The position numbers and the translations under genes are program-made. Below are positions 42,092 through 51,534 of a DNA stretch of 64,000 bases, piece by piece (within the stretch, counting starts at the first letter, position 1; every line of letters starts with the position of its first letter). The DNA comes from Acidobacteriota bacterium (GTDB taxonomy: Bacteria; Acidobacteriota; Vicinamibacteria; Vicinamibacterales; UBA8438), in NCBI GenBank assembly GCA_009838525.1, contig VXRJ01000032.1, positions 65,186-129,185 on the forward strand. The letters are read 5' to 3'. Under the pieces are notes generated by a model that saw only the letters and a list, made by a program, of their open reading frames with translations, was not told the origin of the DNA and made no database searches.

Positions 42092-42804
42092 GCGTCGAGG
42101 GGGAACGCGCGCCGCACGTTGAATGACGGCGCTCCCTGGAACATCTCGACTTCCGCCGTCACCAGGAAGGGATCGTTCGACAGCAGCAGGTCGACCTCGC
42201 AGTCGGTCTGTTCGCCCTGAAACAGGATTCCCTCCACCGGCGGGCCCGCCGCGCCGGCGGGCTCACCGGCATCGGCAAGCGTCAACCGCAGATGTTCCAG
42301 GCCGGCCCGGCTCTCGAAGAACTCAGCGTCAACGGCGACGACCGGACCGATCAGCAGCGTCGCGCCGACCTGCTCCGCGGCAGCAGCAGCGGAAACGGGA
42401 TCCCCGGGCAGGTCCAGCACTTCTACGTGCGGCGCCGACAGCGGACGGATCTGCGGCTGCCCGGCATACATGCCCAGGTTGCCGGTGACACGCACCGCCT
42501 CGCCACGCACGGGCTTCAGCGGCAGGCAGCCGAGCGACGGAAAGACCGGCACGTCCACGTAGAGGTCCTCCGCCGGATCGTGGGTCTCGATGATCACGAT
42601 CCCCTGTCGGGTCGCTCGCACGGAGATGACCCGGCCTTCTAATCGGAACGTCGCCCCGGCGTGGCGCGGGTCCACGATGTGCGCCGCCGTCAACGCTGGC
42701 AGCAAGCCGAGCGATTCCGAGTAGACGTAGCGGCGGTTGGTAATGAAGAGGACCGTGAGCGCCACCAGCGCCGCCACGGCAACCGGGTAGCGCAGACGTG
42801 TCAT
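42085..42804 (-). CDS. Hypothetical membrane-anchored protein (7-nt overlap with the downstream TctA-like fusion gene)
   Basis: 239 aa with one N-terminal TM ('YPVAVAALVALTVLFI') and a beta-rich body. I recognise no motif. Confidence 0.4.
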   Translation of the reverse strand: MTRLRYPVAVAALVALTVLFITNRRYVYSESLGLLPALTAAHIVDPRHAGATFRLEGRVISVRATRQGIVIIETHDPAEDLYVDVPVFPSLGCLPLKPVRGEAVRVTGNLGMYAGQPQIRPLSAPHVEVLDLPGDPVSAAAAAEQVGATLLIGPVVAVDAEFFESRAGLEHLRLTLADAGEPAGAAGPPVEGILFQGEQTDCEVDLLLSNDPFLVTAEVEMFQGAPSFNVRRAFPLDAW

Positions 42805-42825
42805 CGCGCTGGCTTCACCACGGGG

Positions 42826-44025
42826 TTACGCCGGCGCCGGCTCGATCGGAGCAGGCTGTGCGCACGCCGCAAGATAGGTCATCGCCGCGTCGACACCGCC
42901 CGCCTGGTGCGGGATGGCGGCAAGGCCGAGACCCATCTCGATCCCGGCGAGCGTACCCATGAGGCTCAGGTCGTTGAAATCACCCAGGTGGCCGATACGG
43001 AAGACCTTGCCGGCCAGCTTCGTCAGGCCGATGCCGAGAGACATGTCGAAGCGGTCCAGCACCGTGTCAATCAGCACGTTGGCGTCGTAGGCGGCCGGCG
43101 TCATGACGGCGGTGATCGACGAGCTGTAGGCGGTCTCGTCGAGACAGAGCAAGTCGAGGCCCCAGGCGCGGACCGCGCGCCGGGTCGCTTCGGCATGGCG
43201 GTCGTGACGGGCGAAGACGTTCGGCATGCCCTCGTCATCGAGCATCCGGAGCGCTTCGCGCAAGCCGTAGAGCAGGTTCGTCGGCGGGGTGTAGGGAAAG
43301 AGTCCGTTCGCGTTGGCCCCGATGATCGGCGACCATTCCCAGTAGCTGCGTGGCAGGGTCGCGCTCTCCGCGGCGGCGCGCGCCTTTTCGCTTACCGCGT
43401 TCAGCGACAGGCCGGGCGGCAGCATCAGCCCCTTCTGCGATGCGCCGACCGTGACGTCGACGCCCCATTCGTCGTGGTGGTAGTCGATCGACGCGAGCGA
43501 CGAGATGGTGTCGACCATCAGCAGGGCGGGATGCCCCACCGCGTCGATGGCGCGCCGCGCCGACGCGATGTCGCTCGTTACGCCGGTCGAGGTCTCGTTG
43601 TGGACGACGCAGACCGCCTTGATCGCCTGGCCGGTGTCGTCAGCCAGATGCGCTTCGATCGCTGCCGCGTCGACCGGATGCCGCCAGTCCCCGGGCAGGA
43701 ACGTCGGCGCGAGACCGAGGCGGAGCGCTATCTCCCGCCAGAGCCTTGCGAAGTGACCGGTCTCCGCCATCAGCACGCGGTCTCCCGGCGAGAGTGCGTT
43801 CGCGAGCGCGGCCTCCCACGCGCCGGTGCCGGACGCCGGGTACAGCACCACCGGCTGGGTAGTCCCGACGACCGGACCAATCCGTTCGAGGACCTCCCCG
43901 GTCAGGTCGCGGAACGCCGGGCCACGATGATCGATGGTGGGTGCCGCCATGGCCCGCAGGACCCGATCCGGCACGTTGGTGGGGCCCGGAATCTGCAGGA
44001 AATGACGACCGCTCCGATGTGTCAT
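42826..44025 (-). CDS. Class-V aminotransferase (serine-glyoxylate / alanine-glyoxylate aminotransferase-like)
   Basis: Start at MTHRSGRHFLQIPGPTNVPDRVL (ATG 44025). 'LYPASGTGAWEAA', and 'ASQKGLMLPPG' (PLP Lys). Typical length of 399 aa. Confidence 0.85.
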   Translation of the reverse strand: MTHRSGRHFLQIPGPTNVPDRVLRAMAAPTIDHRGPAFRDLTGEVLERIGPVVGTTQPVVLYPASGTGAWEAALANALSPGDRVLMAETGHFARLWREIALRLGLAPTFLPGDWRHPVDAAAIEAHLADDTGQAIKAVCVVHNETSTGVTSDIASARRAIDAVGHPALLMVDTISSLASIDYHHDEWGVDVTVGASQKGLMLPPGLSLNAVSEKARAAAESATLPRSYWEWSPIIGANANGLFPYTPPTNLLYGLREALRMLDDEGMPNVFARHDRHAEATRRAVRAWGLDLLCLDETAYSSSITAVMTPAAYDANVLIDTVLDRFDMSLGIGLTKLAGKVFRIGHLGDFNDLSLMGTLAGIEMGLGLAAIPHQAGGVDAAMTYLAACAQPAPIEPAPA

Positions 44026-44242
44026 GGCTCGTAATCCAGCAGTCCGTGGTGAAACCCCCGCTACATTCGAGCGGCGATGCCTCCCGGCTGAACGGTGTTG
44101 CTCCTCGGTCGAATATGGCCAAGCCAATATACTCCCTCGTCGCGCCCTGCCCGCAATCGGGTTCTATACTCCACCCGGATAGCCGACCTTGTGCGTGACC
44201 TGGAAGCGTGGATGAAGACCACCAAAGAGGCCTGCTGACGCG

Positions 44243-44596
44243 GTGACAGGGGGACGGCTCGTCCGGGACCGCATTTCGCGCACCGACCTGGCGCGCCTGG
44301 CCGAGGACCAGTTCGGGGATTGGATCAAGGCCGTGGTCGACGTGTCGCGTGGGATCATGGCGATCGCGGGCGATCTGCACGCCGACGATGAGGCGACACT
44401 CCTTGCCGATGGATCACGCCAGCAGGACTTGTGGGGAATCAACCTGTACCCGCTGGAGTCCGGGGAAGATTGGATCGAGTTCGATTCGATGATCAACCTG
44501 CGTCCGAGCCAGGGAAACCGTTCGCGCGGCGTCGACGACGAACGAACCCGGGGGCGCATTCGGGAGGTTGTCGAATCCCTGGTTCTGACCGACTGA
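44243..44596 (+). CDS. Small conserved hypothetical protein (DUF5674-like, from memory)
   Basis: 117 aa. 'WIKAVVDVSRGIMAIAGDLHADDEATLLADGSRQQDLWGINLYP' resembles a small family of unknown function. Confidence 0.4.
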   Translation: MTGGRLVRDRISRTDLARLAEDQFGDWIKAVVDVSRGIMAIAGDLHADDEATLLADGSRQQDLWGINLYPLESGEDWIEFDSMINLRPSQGNRSRGVDDERTRGRIREVVESLVLTD

Positions 44597-44616
44597 CCTA
44601 ATGGGGCGACCCTGAG

Positions 44617-44988
44617 GTGACCAGGCTTCTGCACCGCGGCGCGGCCGAGAGCTGGCCACGAATGGAATTGGTCGAGCAACTCGGGAACGTCGGGACCGAA
44701 GTGGAACGCGCGATTCGAGCCCACCAGGCGGGGCGGACGGATCGCTTTGACAATGCGCTCGCGCGAGCACTGGAACTGTTCGACCTAACTGCCGCCGACC
44801 CCCGGTGGCAGGGTCACCGCTGCCAAGAGATCCTGCGGGCTAGAGAAGAAGTCTGCCGCCTCTTCTTCGATCCCAACGTCCCGTCGGATTCGGCTCGCGG
44901 ACTCAGCCGGTACTTCTTCGGATTCGCGTGGGCCGCGCGCGCCCTTCACCATCGCCGGCAGTCCGGCCGTAGCGAGCCTGCGCCTTAG
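44617..44988 (+). CDS. Hypothetical protein
   Basis: 123-aa ORF (GTG start). A more likely start is MELVEQLGNVGTEVERA at 44662. No motif recognised. Confidence 0.35.
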   Translation: MTRLLHRGAAESWPRMELVEQLGNVGTEVERAIRAHQAGRTDRFDNALARALELFDLTAADPRWQGHRCQEILRAREEVCRLFFDPNVPSDSARGLSRYFFGFAWAARALHHRRQSGRSEPAP

Positions 44989-45037
44989 CAGCCCGCGACA
45001 CGTCGCTTTCGCGCTTTCTATCTATACTGCGACCGGG

Positions 45038-47983
45038 ATGGCCGACCTGCAGCGCGACCTCGCCGCGCGCCTCGACGGCGAGGTCCGGTTCGACGCCGTC
45101 TCACGCGCGCTCTACTCCACCGACGCCAGCGTCTACGAGATAGCGCCGCTCGGCGTCGCCATCGTGCGGTCGCGCGACGACATGCTGGCCGCCATCGCCT
45201 GCGCCCGCGCGCATGGCGTCTCGATTACGGCGCGCGGCGGCGGCACGTCGCAGGCGGGGCAGGCGATCGGCTCCGGTCTGCAAGTCGACACGTCCCGCCA
45301 CTTCAACCGAATGCTCGAGGTGAACGTCGACGAGCGCTGGGTGCGCGTCGAGCCGGGCATCGTCCTCGACGAACTGAACGCGATGCTGGCCCCGCACCGC
45401 CTCCGCTTCGCGCCCGACATTTCGACGGCAAGCCGCGCCACTATCGGCGGGATGATCTCGAACAACTCGAGCGGTGCGCGATCCGTCCGCTACGGCAAGA
45501 CCATCGACCACGTGATGGACCTCCGGGTTGCCCTTGCGGACGAATCGATCGCCCACTTCCGGCCACTGGGAGCCCCGGAACTCGACGCCGCGTGCGCGGC
45601 AACGACCCACGAAGGCGAGTGCTACCGGACCGTCCGCCGCCTCGCCGCGAGCCACGCCGCCGAGATCGAGCGGCGCTACCCGAAGATCCTCCGACGCGTC
45701 GGGGGCTACAACCTCGACGCATTTGTCCGCAACGAAGAGGGCGGGCCGGGCTCGACGTACGACACGGACCCCTTCAACCTGTCGAAGCTGATCGTCGGAT
45801 CCGAAGGCACGCTCGGACTGATCGTCGAGGCGCGTCTCAACCTGGTGCCGCTCCCGAAGGCGAAAGCGGTGCTGACCATCGAGTATCGGGACCTGCTCGA
45901 CGCGCTGGGCGACACGCCCGCCATCCTCGAACATGACCCGTCGGCCGTCGAAGTGATGGACCACTGCATCCTGGACCACGCGCGCGAGAATCCCGCCCTG
46001 GACGCGATGCGCCGCGCCGTGATCGGCGACGACTGCGGCGCCCTCCTCTGCGTAGAACTGTACGACGAGAGCGCACGGGCGCTCGTCCCGCGCCTGAAGC
46101 AGCTCGAAGCAGCGGTCCGCAAACTGGGCAACGCCAGCCGCACCCGGCGGGCGACGGAGCCGGCCGATCAGGCGCGCATCTGGAAGCTCCGCGAGTCGTC
46201 ACTCGGGCTCTCCATGGCGATGAAGGGCGACGCGAAGAGCATTTCGTTCGTTGAGGACACCGCCGTCGCTCCGGAGCGCCTGCGCCGCTTCATCGAACGG
46301 TTCCTCGCAGTCGTGCGCAAGCATGGCACCACTGCCGGCGTCTATGCCCACGCGTCGGTCGGCTGCCTGCACGTTCGCCCGGTCGTGAACCTGAAGACAA
46401 CCGACGGCGTCCGGCAATTCGAGGCGATCGCGAACGAAATCGCCGATCTCGTGCTCGAGTTCGGCGGGGCCCTCTCGGGCGAGCATGGAGACGGGCTGGT
46501 GCGCGGCCCGTTCATGGAGCGGATGTTCGGCTCCGAGCTGTACGGCGCGTTCCGGACCATCAAGCGGACGTTCGATCCGGAAGGGATCTTCAACCCCGGC
46601 AAGATCGTGGATGCGCCGCCGCTCTCCGCGAACCTGCGCTACGGCGCCGCCTACGTCACGCCCGACCCGCCCGCGGCATTCGATCACACCGGGCACGGCG
46701 GCCTCGGCCGGGCCGTCGAGATGTGCAGCGGCGTCGGCGCCTGCCGCAAGACCCTGACCGGCACGATGTGCCCCTCGTACATGGCGACGCGCGACGAGGC
46801 GCACTCGACGCGTGGACGCGCCAACGCGCTGCGCCAGGCCATGAACGGCGCCCTCGGCAACGGTGGACCCCGCGAGCTCGGCCTGGGTGATCGGGGTGTC
46901 CACGACGTGCTCGACCTCTGCCTGGAGTGCCGCGCCTGCAAGACCGAATGTCCTACGGGCGTCGACATGGCCCGGTTCAAGAGCGAGTTTCTCCACGATT
47001 ACCACCGCCGCTACGGCACACCCCTTCGCGCCCGCGTTTTGGGGAAGATCCACGAACTCTCCGCCGTTGCGAGCCGGCTGGCGCCGGCGCTCAACCCCTG
47101 GCTGGGCAGCGGACTGGTCCGTGCGATGAACGAGCTGCTGTTCGGCATCGACCGGCGGCGTTCGCTCCCCGCGTGGGCGGTAACGACGTTTCGAGAAGCC
47201 TGGCCGGCGCGTACGGACGACGGCAGCGGCCACCCCGCGGGGGGCGCGCGCCGGCGCAGGGAAGTGGTCCTCTTCGCCGACACGTTCACGAACTACTTCG
47301 ACCCGGACGTCGGCCTGGCCGCTGCCGACGTGCTGGAAGCCGCGGGGTTCAGCGTCCACCTCGGCCCCGATGCCTGCTGCGGGCGCCCCCTCATTTCACA
47401 GGGCCTTCTCGACGAGGCGCGCGAGCGGGCAGCGTTTGTCGTGGGCCAACTGCACCCGATCGCCGCCGCCGGCACGCCGATCGTCCTGCTGGAGCCGAGC
47501 TGCCTCTCGGCCCTGATCGACGACGCGCCCGACCTGCTGCGCGGTGAGGCGCAACGACAGGCCCGCGAGGTGGCCGCCGCCTGCGCGTTGTTCGAGGACT
47601 ACCTCGAACGGGCGCTCGAGGATGGCCGAGCCGTTCTTCCCGTGCGCGCGGGCCCGGAACAAATCGTCCTCCACGGCCACTGTCACCAGAAATCACTCGG
47701 GCTGGTCGCCCCCGCCAAGGCGCTTCTCCAGCGGATTCCCGGCGCCACGGTAGCGGACCTCGACAGCGGCTGCTGCGGCATGGCGGGCTCGTTCGGCTAC
47801 GCGAAGGAGCACTTCGAGATCTCCCGGCAGATCGGTGAACGCGTGCTGCTGCCGGCCGCCCGCGACCTTCCGGAGAATGCCGTGCTCGCGGCCGCCGGGA
47901 CATCCTGCCGCCATCAGGTTCACGACTTCGCGCAGACCGAGGCGCTCCACCCGGCCGTCATCCTCCGCGGCCTTTTGACATAG
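45038..47983 (+). CDS. FAD-binding oxidase fused to 4Fe-4S and CCG domains (GlcD-GlcF/YdiJ-like 2-hydroxyacid dehydrogenase)
   Basis: 981 aa. N-terminal FAD_binding_4 ('ITARGGGTSQAGQAIG'), ferredoxin-type clusters ('CPSYMATRDEAHSTRGR', 'CLECRACKTECPTGV') and two CCG motifs ('ACCGRP', 'SGCCGMAGSFG'). Confidence 0.9.
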   Translation: MADLQRDLAARLDGEVRFDAVSRALYSTDASVYEIAPLGVAIVRSRDDMLAAIACARAHGVSITARGGGTSQAGQAIGSGLQVDTSRHFNRMLEVNVDERWVRVEPGIVLDELNAMLAPHRLRFAPDISTASRATIGGMISNNSSGARSVRYGKTIDHVMDLRVALADESIAHFRPLGAPELDAACAATTHEGECYRTVRRLAASHAAEIERRYPKILRRVGGYNLDAFVRNEEGGPGSTYDTDPFNLSKLIVGSEGTLGLIVEARLNLVPLPKAKAVLTIEYRDLLDALGDTPAILEHDPSAVEVMDHCILDHARENPALDAMRRAVIGDDCGALLCVELYDESARALVPRLKQLEAAVRKLGNASRTRRATEPADQARIWKLRESSLGLSMAMKGDAKSISFVEDTAVAPERLRRFIERFLAVVRKHGTTAGVYAHASVGCLHVRPVVNLKTTDGVRQFEAIANEIADLVLEFGGALSGEHGDGLVRGPFMERMFGSELYGAFRTIKRTFDPEGIFNPGKIVDAPPLSANLRYGAAYVTPDPPAAFDHTGHGGLGRAVEMCSGVGACRKTLTGTMCPSYMATRDEAHSTRGRANALRQAMNGALGNGGPRELGLGDRGVHDVLDLCLECRACKTECPTGVDMARFKSEFLHDYHRRYGTPLRARVLGKIHELSAVASRLAPALNPWLGSGLVRAMNELLFGIDRRRSLPAWAVTTFREAWPARTDDGSGHPAGGARRRREVVLFADTFTNYFDPDVGLAAADVLEAAGFSVHLGPDACCGRPLISQGLLDEARERAAFVVGQLHPIAAAGTPIVLLEPSCLSALIDDAPDLLRGEAQRQAREVAAACALFEDYLERALEDGRAVLPVRAGPEQIVLHGHCHQKSLGLVAPAKALLQRIPGATVADLDSGCCGMAGSFGYAKEHFEISRQIGERVLLPAARDLPENAVLAAAGTSCRHQVHDFAQTEALHPAVILRGLLT

Positions 47984-48048
47984 ATCTCGGGCGCCGCGCA
48001 CTCCGCTTGACCCGCCCCGCGGCGCCGATCCACACTCCCGGCAGTTCC

Positions 48049-48297
48049 ATGCCGATTTACGAGTTCCGATGCCGGGCCTGCGATCGGCAGTTCGAGGCGG
48101 TGGTTTTGCCGAAGAGCGATCCCGCCTCCTGCCCCGTCTGCGGTTCGGCCGATCTCGAGCGCCTGATCTCGCAGTTCGCGGTGAGCTCGGAAGGCACCCG
48201 CGCGACGAACCTCAAGTCGGCGAGGAAGGCGGCGGCCAAGATCCGCCGGGACAAGCAGGTCGCCGAACACGAAGCGATCCACCACCACCATCACTAG
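48049..48297 (+). CDS. FmdB-family zinc-ribbon protein
   Basis: 'MPIYEFRCRACDRQFE....CPVCGS' is the CxxC...CxxC zinc ribbon of this family. The C-terminus ends HHHHH. Confidence 0.8.
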   Translation: MPIYEFRCRACDRQFEAVVLPKSDPASCPVCGSADLERLISQFAVSSEGTRATNLKSARKAAAKIRRDKQVAEHEAIHHHHH

Positions 48298-48379
48298 CTG
48301 GTCATCGGCCGGGGCGCAGACACCTGCAGGACGCCGCACCGCGGTCGCCAAACCCGGGAGCGTCGAAGGAGCACACACC

Positions 48380-49255
48380 ATGCGTACCACCATCAACGTC
48401 GCTCTTGCCGTGACTGCCGGCCTGTTCGCGACCGGCCCTGCCGCCGCGCAGTCTGCGACCGACATCCACCCGCCGGACGGCCTCCGCGCCAACCGCACCT
48501 CCTACAGCGCAATCATGGACGTGATCCGCGAGTCCGGCGACCAGGGCACGGTCAGCGACGCCGACCTCGAACGGCTGCGCGGCATACAACTCGAAGACAT
48601 CTGGCGATCGCTCGGCGGCTACCGCGCCAACTACGTCCGCGGATTCCGGTCCACGCAACCGGGCCAGCGCATTGCCGGACGCGCACTCACGATGCGCTTC
48701 CTGCCGCCGCGCCCCGACCTCGTAGCCGCGATTGATACGCTCGCCGCCGAAGGCGACTGGGACCGCCGATACTACGCGCGCGCCTCCGAGGAAGCCCGAC
48801 CGGGAGACATCGTCGTAGCCGAACTCGGCGGCGCCGACGGCCACGTGCTTTTCGGCGGCATGGGCGCCCTCGGCATCAAGCTGCGCGGAGCCGCCGGTGT
48901 TGTCGTCGACGGTGGCAGCCGCGACCTGGCCGAACTGGTGGGCGACCAGTTCGCGGACTTCCCGGTCTTCGCCCGTTTCTTCGACGTCACCACGACGAGC
49001 TGGCTCGGCGTCGAATGGAACGCGCCGGTGCGGATCGGCACGACGACCGTTCTACCGGGGGACGTGGTCGTCGCCGACGAGACGGGCATCCTCTTCTTCC
49101 CACCCGCGCTGGTACCGGAAGTCCTGCGCGCGGCGGAAGAACAGGCAGACGTGGAGGAATACGAGCGCGACCTGCTGCGCTCCGGCGAACACCCCTTCCG
49201 AGACGTCTACCCCCTTTCGCCCGAACTCCGGCGCGAATACGAACGCAACCGCTAG
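48380..49255 (+). CDS. RraA-family protein (aldolase/decarboxylase-like), secreted form
   Basis: 291 aa with a signal peptide. 'GDIVVAELGG...FGGMGALGIKLRGAAGVVVDGGSRD' and 'PGDVVVADETGILFFP' are RraA/DlpA-type motifs. Confidence 0.7.
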   Translation: MRTTINVALAVTAGLFATGPAAAQSATDIHPPDGLRANRTSYSAIMDVIRESGDQGTVSDADLERLRGIQLEDIWRSLGGYRANYVRGFRSTQPGQRIAGRALTMRFLPPRPDLVAAIDTLAAEGDWDRRYYARASEEARPGDIVVAELGGADGHVLFGGMGALGIKLRGAAGVVVDGGSRDLAELVGDQFADFPVFARFFDVTTTSWLGVEWNAPVRIGTTTVLPGDVVVADETGILFFPPALVPEVLRAAEEQADVEEYERDLLRSGEHPFRDVYPLSPELRREYERNR

Positions 49256-49303
49256 CGCGCCGCGCCCGGCGCGTTGTTGAAAGTTCCTCGCGCGCCCAGC
49301 CAC

Positions 49304-51478
49304 CTACGTGAGGTTCGTGCGGGCGTGTGCGGGCATGGAAGCGACAACCACCTGCGCCGTATCGACGTCCCAGAAGTAGTAGATGCGGAGGCAGCGGGTG
49401 CGGTCCCGCGTGTTGCCGCCGTTCTTGATGTGCCACTCGATGTCGACGTTGCGGCCATTCCACTTCATGGGGCTGAAGGGGAGGTCGGCCTCGCCACATG
49501 GTTCGTTGTAGAAACCTTCGAGGACGGGCACACGGGGATTGCCGCCACCGTTGCGACGGCGATCGCGATAGGCGGTTGCGAGCCAGACAAGGCAGCGGGC
49601 CGCCTGCTCGACATCGCGGAAATCGGGATCCTTGACCCCGCGGCGGGCAAGCGGGGCAAGCACGAGCCTGCCGGCCAGCTTCTCTTCGACCCAGGGCGTC
49701 AATGCGGCCCAGGAAGGCGGAACCGGCTCGAACGAGGGAGTCGCCTCTTGCCTGGTGAGCTCCGCCAACCGCGGCAGCTTCCCTTCCAGGTCCCTGATGC
49801 GGTGGCGTAACTGATCCCGTTCGGCTTCCACCTCGGCAGCGTGCGCCAACGCCTGCTCCTCGTGCGCACGGGCGGTCTCCATACGGTTCACGGCTTCCGC
49901 AAGATCCGATTCCGCCTGCGCCGCTCTCGAAAGCGCCTGCGCCTCCGCCTCAGCCGAAACGGCATCCGCCTCGGGCCCACCGGGCGGCCCCTCAGAAGGC
50001 CGAACGCGCAAACCCCTCCATTCGGCGGCGTAGTCGCGGCAGGGATCAAACGGCTCCCCTTTTGGACCTACGATCTCGAGGCACCGCCGGCTGGCCGCGT
50101 GCGCCTCCCGCGTCGCCGTGGCGACGGCGTCCAACAGTTCCGCGGCGCGCCCGTCAGCGTCGACGTGAGCCTGCACGCGCGCCATCCCATCCGCCTTCCC
50201 GTCACCGTCATCGGGGGTTCCTCCGGTGTAGAGGGCGAGCAGTTCGTCACGCAACGCGAGCCGGCGGTCCTCCGCCTTCCGCCACGATTCGGCAGCGCCG
50301 TTCAAGTCCTTGCTCAGGCGCGCGACGTCCTCGCGGAACGCTGACAAGTCGATGGTCTCCCGCATGAGACACGACAGGCGCCACTGGGCGTCTATCTGCT
50401 GCAGGGCGGGCCGGAGCCACTCGGCGCCGGTCTCGTCGAGCACCCGTGCGAGCGCGTCCCGCACACCGCCCATGAGGTCGTTCGCCTGGAGTGCGGTCGC
50501 CGCTGGCCCGCGCAATTCGTCGAGTCTTCCTACCTGTTCGCACAGGGTCTTCAAACGGCGCGGTTGACGGGGATCTTCCACCAGAATCGCCACGGTACCG
50601 ACGACGGCGCGGCAGGCATCCGCCCACGTAGCAAGTACTGTCGCGTGGTCGACCACGCCGTTCGGCACTTCCGCGGCGAAACCGGCCCCGGGCATTGTCT
50701 CGTTCTCGCCGACTCCCGTCACATCGAGCAGCGGCGCGAACTCATCACCAATTGCCTCGACCGCGCGCCCCGCCCATTGCAACAGCCGCGCATCCTCGAG
50801 CAGCGTGGCGACCGCGAAGATCGCCAGCGGAACGGCCTCTTGCACTTTCGGCGCCAGCGCTGCCCAATTGCGGACATCGTCCCGCAGATCGGACAGCACC
50901 GCGAGGGCCAGATCCTGCCAATGCGGCGGGCCGAAGACCGAATCGACGATACCCGGGAAGTCGGCGAGCGCGGCCTCCGCGCGTGCTTCTTCCAGCGGCC
51001 GGTCGAGCAGATTCGGGTCATAGGCAAGCAACGCTTCGTACTCGAGCGACGGCGGAATGCGGCCGTGACTCTCCTCGCCCATCTCGATGCCTGCCTTCCA
51101 GAGCGCCAACCGCTGGTCCGGCATTCCGTAGAAACGGAGCAGAACCTCGCGTTGACGGTCCGCGGTCTGCAGATCCTTTAGGTCCGGTGACCAAATGTCG
51201 GGAACGTGCGCGCGCACCTGCCGGATGATTCGCTCCTGCTGCCTTCGGTTCGCGATCCCAAGAAGACGGGTGAGTCTCGTGCGTCCGGCGTCCGGATCGA
51301 GGAATGTGGCGGGAAGCCCCGCCGGTATGGGTAGGCGCTTCCTGTGAAAGGGTACTTCGGTACCCTCCGGTGCACGCGGGACCGGTACTGCCCGCGGATC
51401 TTCCGGTGTGACTGTGGCGTTTTCGGCCGCGGAATCAGCGGCGTCGGCGCGGAGTGCGGTCTTGCTGTGCTCGTCCAT
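49304..51478 (-). CDS. Large uncharacterised protein (helical/coiled-coil body, distinct C-terminal ~120-aa domain)
   Basis: 724-aa ORF. Ala/Glu/Arg-rich coiled-coil-like stretches around residues 400-600. The C-terminus is 'EGFYNEPCGE...MKWNGRNVDIEWHIKNGGNTRDRTRCLRIYYFWDVDTAQVVVASMPAH'. No family assigned. Confidence 0.5.
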   Translation of the reverse strand: MDEHSKTALRADAADSAAENATVTPEDPRAVPVPRAPEGTEVPFHRKRLPIPAGLPATFLDPDAGRTRLTRLLGIANRRQQERIIRQVRAHVPDIWSPDLKDLQTADRQREVLLRFYGMPDQRLALWKAGIEMGEESHGRIPPSLEYEALLAYDPNLLDRPLEEARAEAALADFPGIVDSVFGPPHWQDLALAVLSDLRDDVRNWAALAPKVQEAVPLAIFAVATLLEDARLLQWAGRAVEAIGDEFAPLLDVTGVGENETMPGAGFAAEVPNGVVDHATVLATWADACRAVVGTVAILVEDPRQPRRLKTLCEQVGRLDELRGPAATALQANDLMGGVRDALARVLDETGAEWLRPALQQIDAQWRLSCLMRETIDLSAFREDVARLSKDLNGAAESWRKAEDRRLALRDELLALYTGGTPDDGDGKADGMARVQAHVDADGRAAELLDAVATATREAHAASRRCLEIVGPKGEPFDPCRDYAAEWRGLRVRPSEGPPGGPEADAVSAEAEAQALSRAAQAESDLAEAVNRMETARAHEEQALAHAAEVEAERDQLRHRIRDLEGKLPRLAELTRQEATPSFEPVPPSWAALTPWVEEKLAGRLVLAPLARRGVKDPDFRDVEQAARCLVWLATAYRDRRRNGGGNPRVPVLEGFYNEPCGEADLPFSPMKWNGRNVDIEWHIKNGGNTRDRTRCLRIYYFWDVDTAQVVVASMPAHARTNLT

Positions 51479-51534
51479 CTCGCATGCCCCCCAGTGGCGA
51501 ATGCGGATGGGAAAGCAAAGTTCATGCCGTCAAG

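Noticed and set aside
48280-48294. C-terminal HHHHH on the FmdB-like zinc-ribbon protein, considered as an engineered His-tag
   Set aside because: There is no vector, linker or protease-site context. The codons are mixed CAC/CAT within native-looking sequence. His-rich tails occur naturally in small metal-binding proteins.
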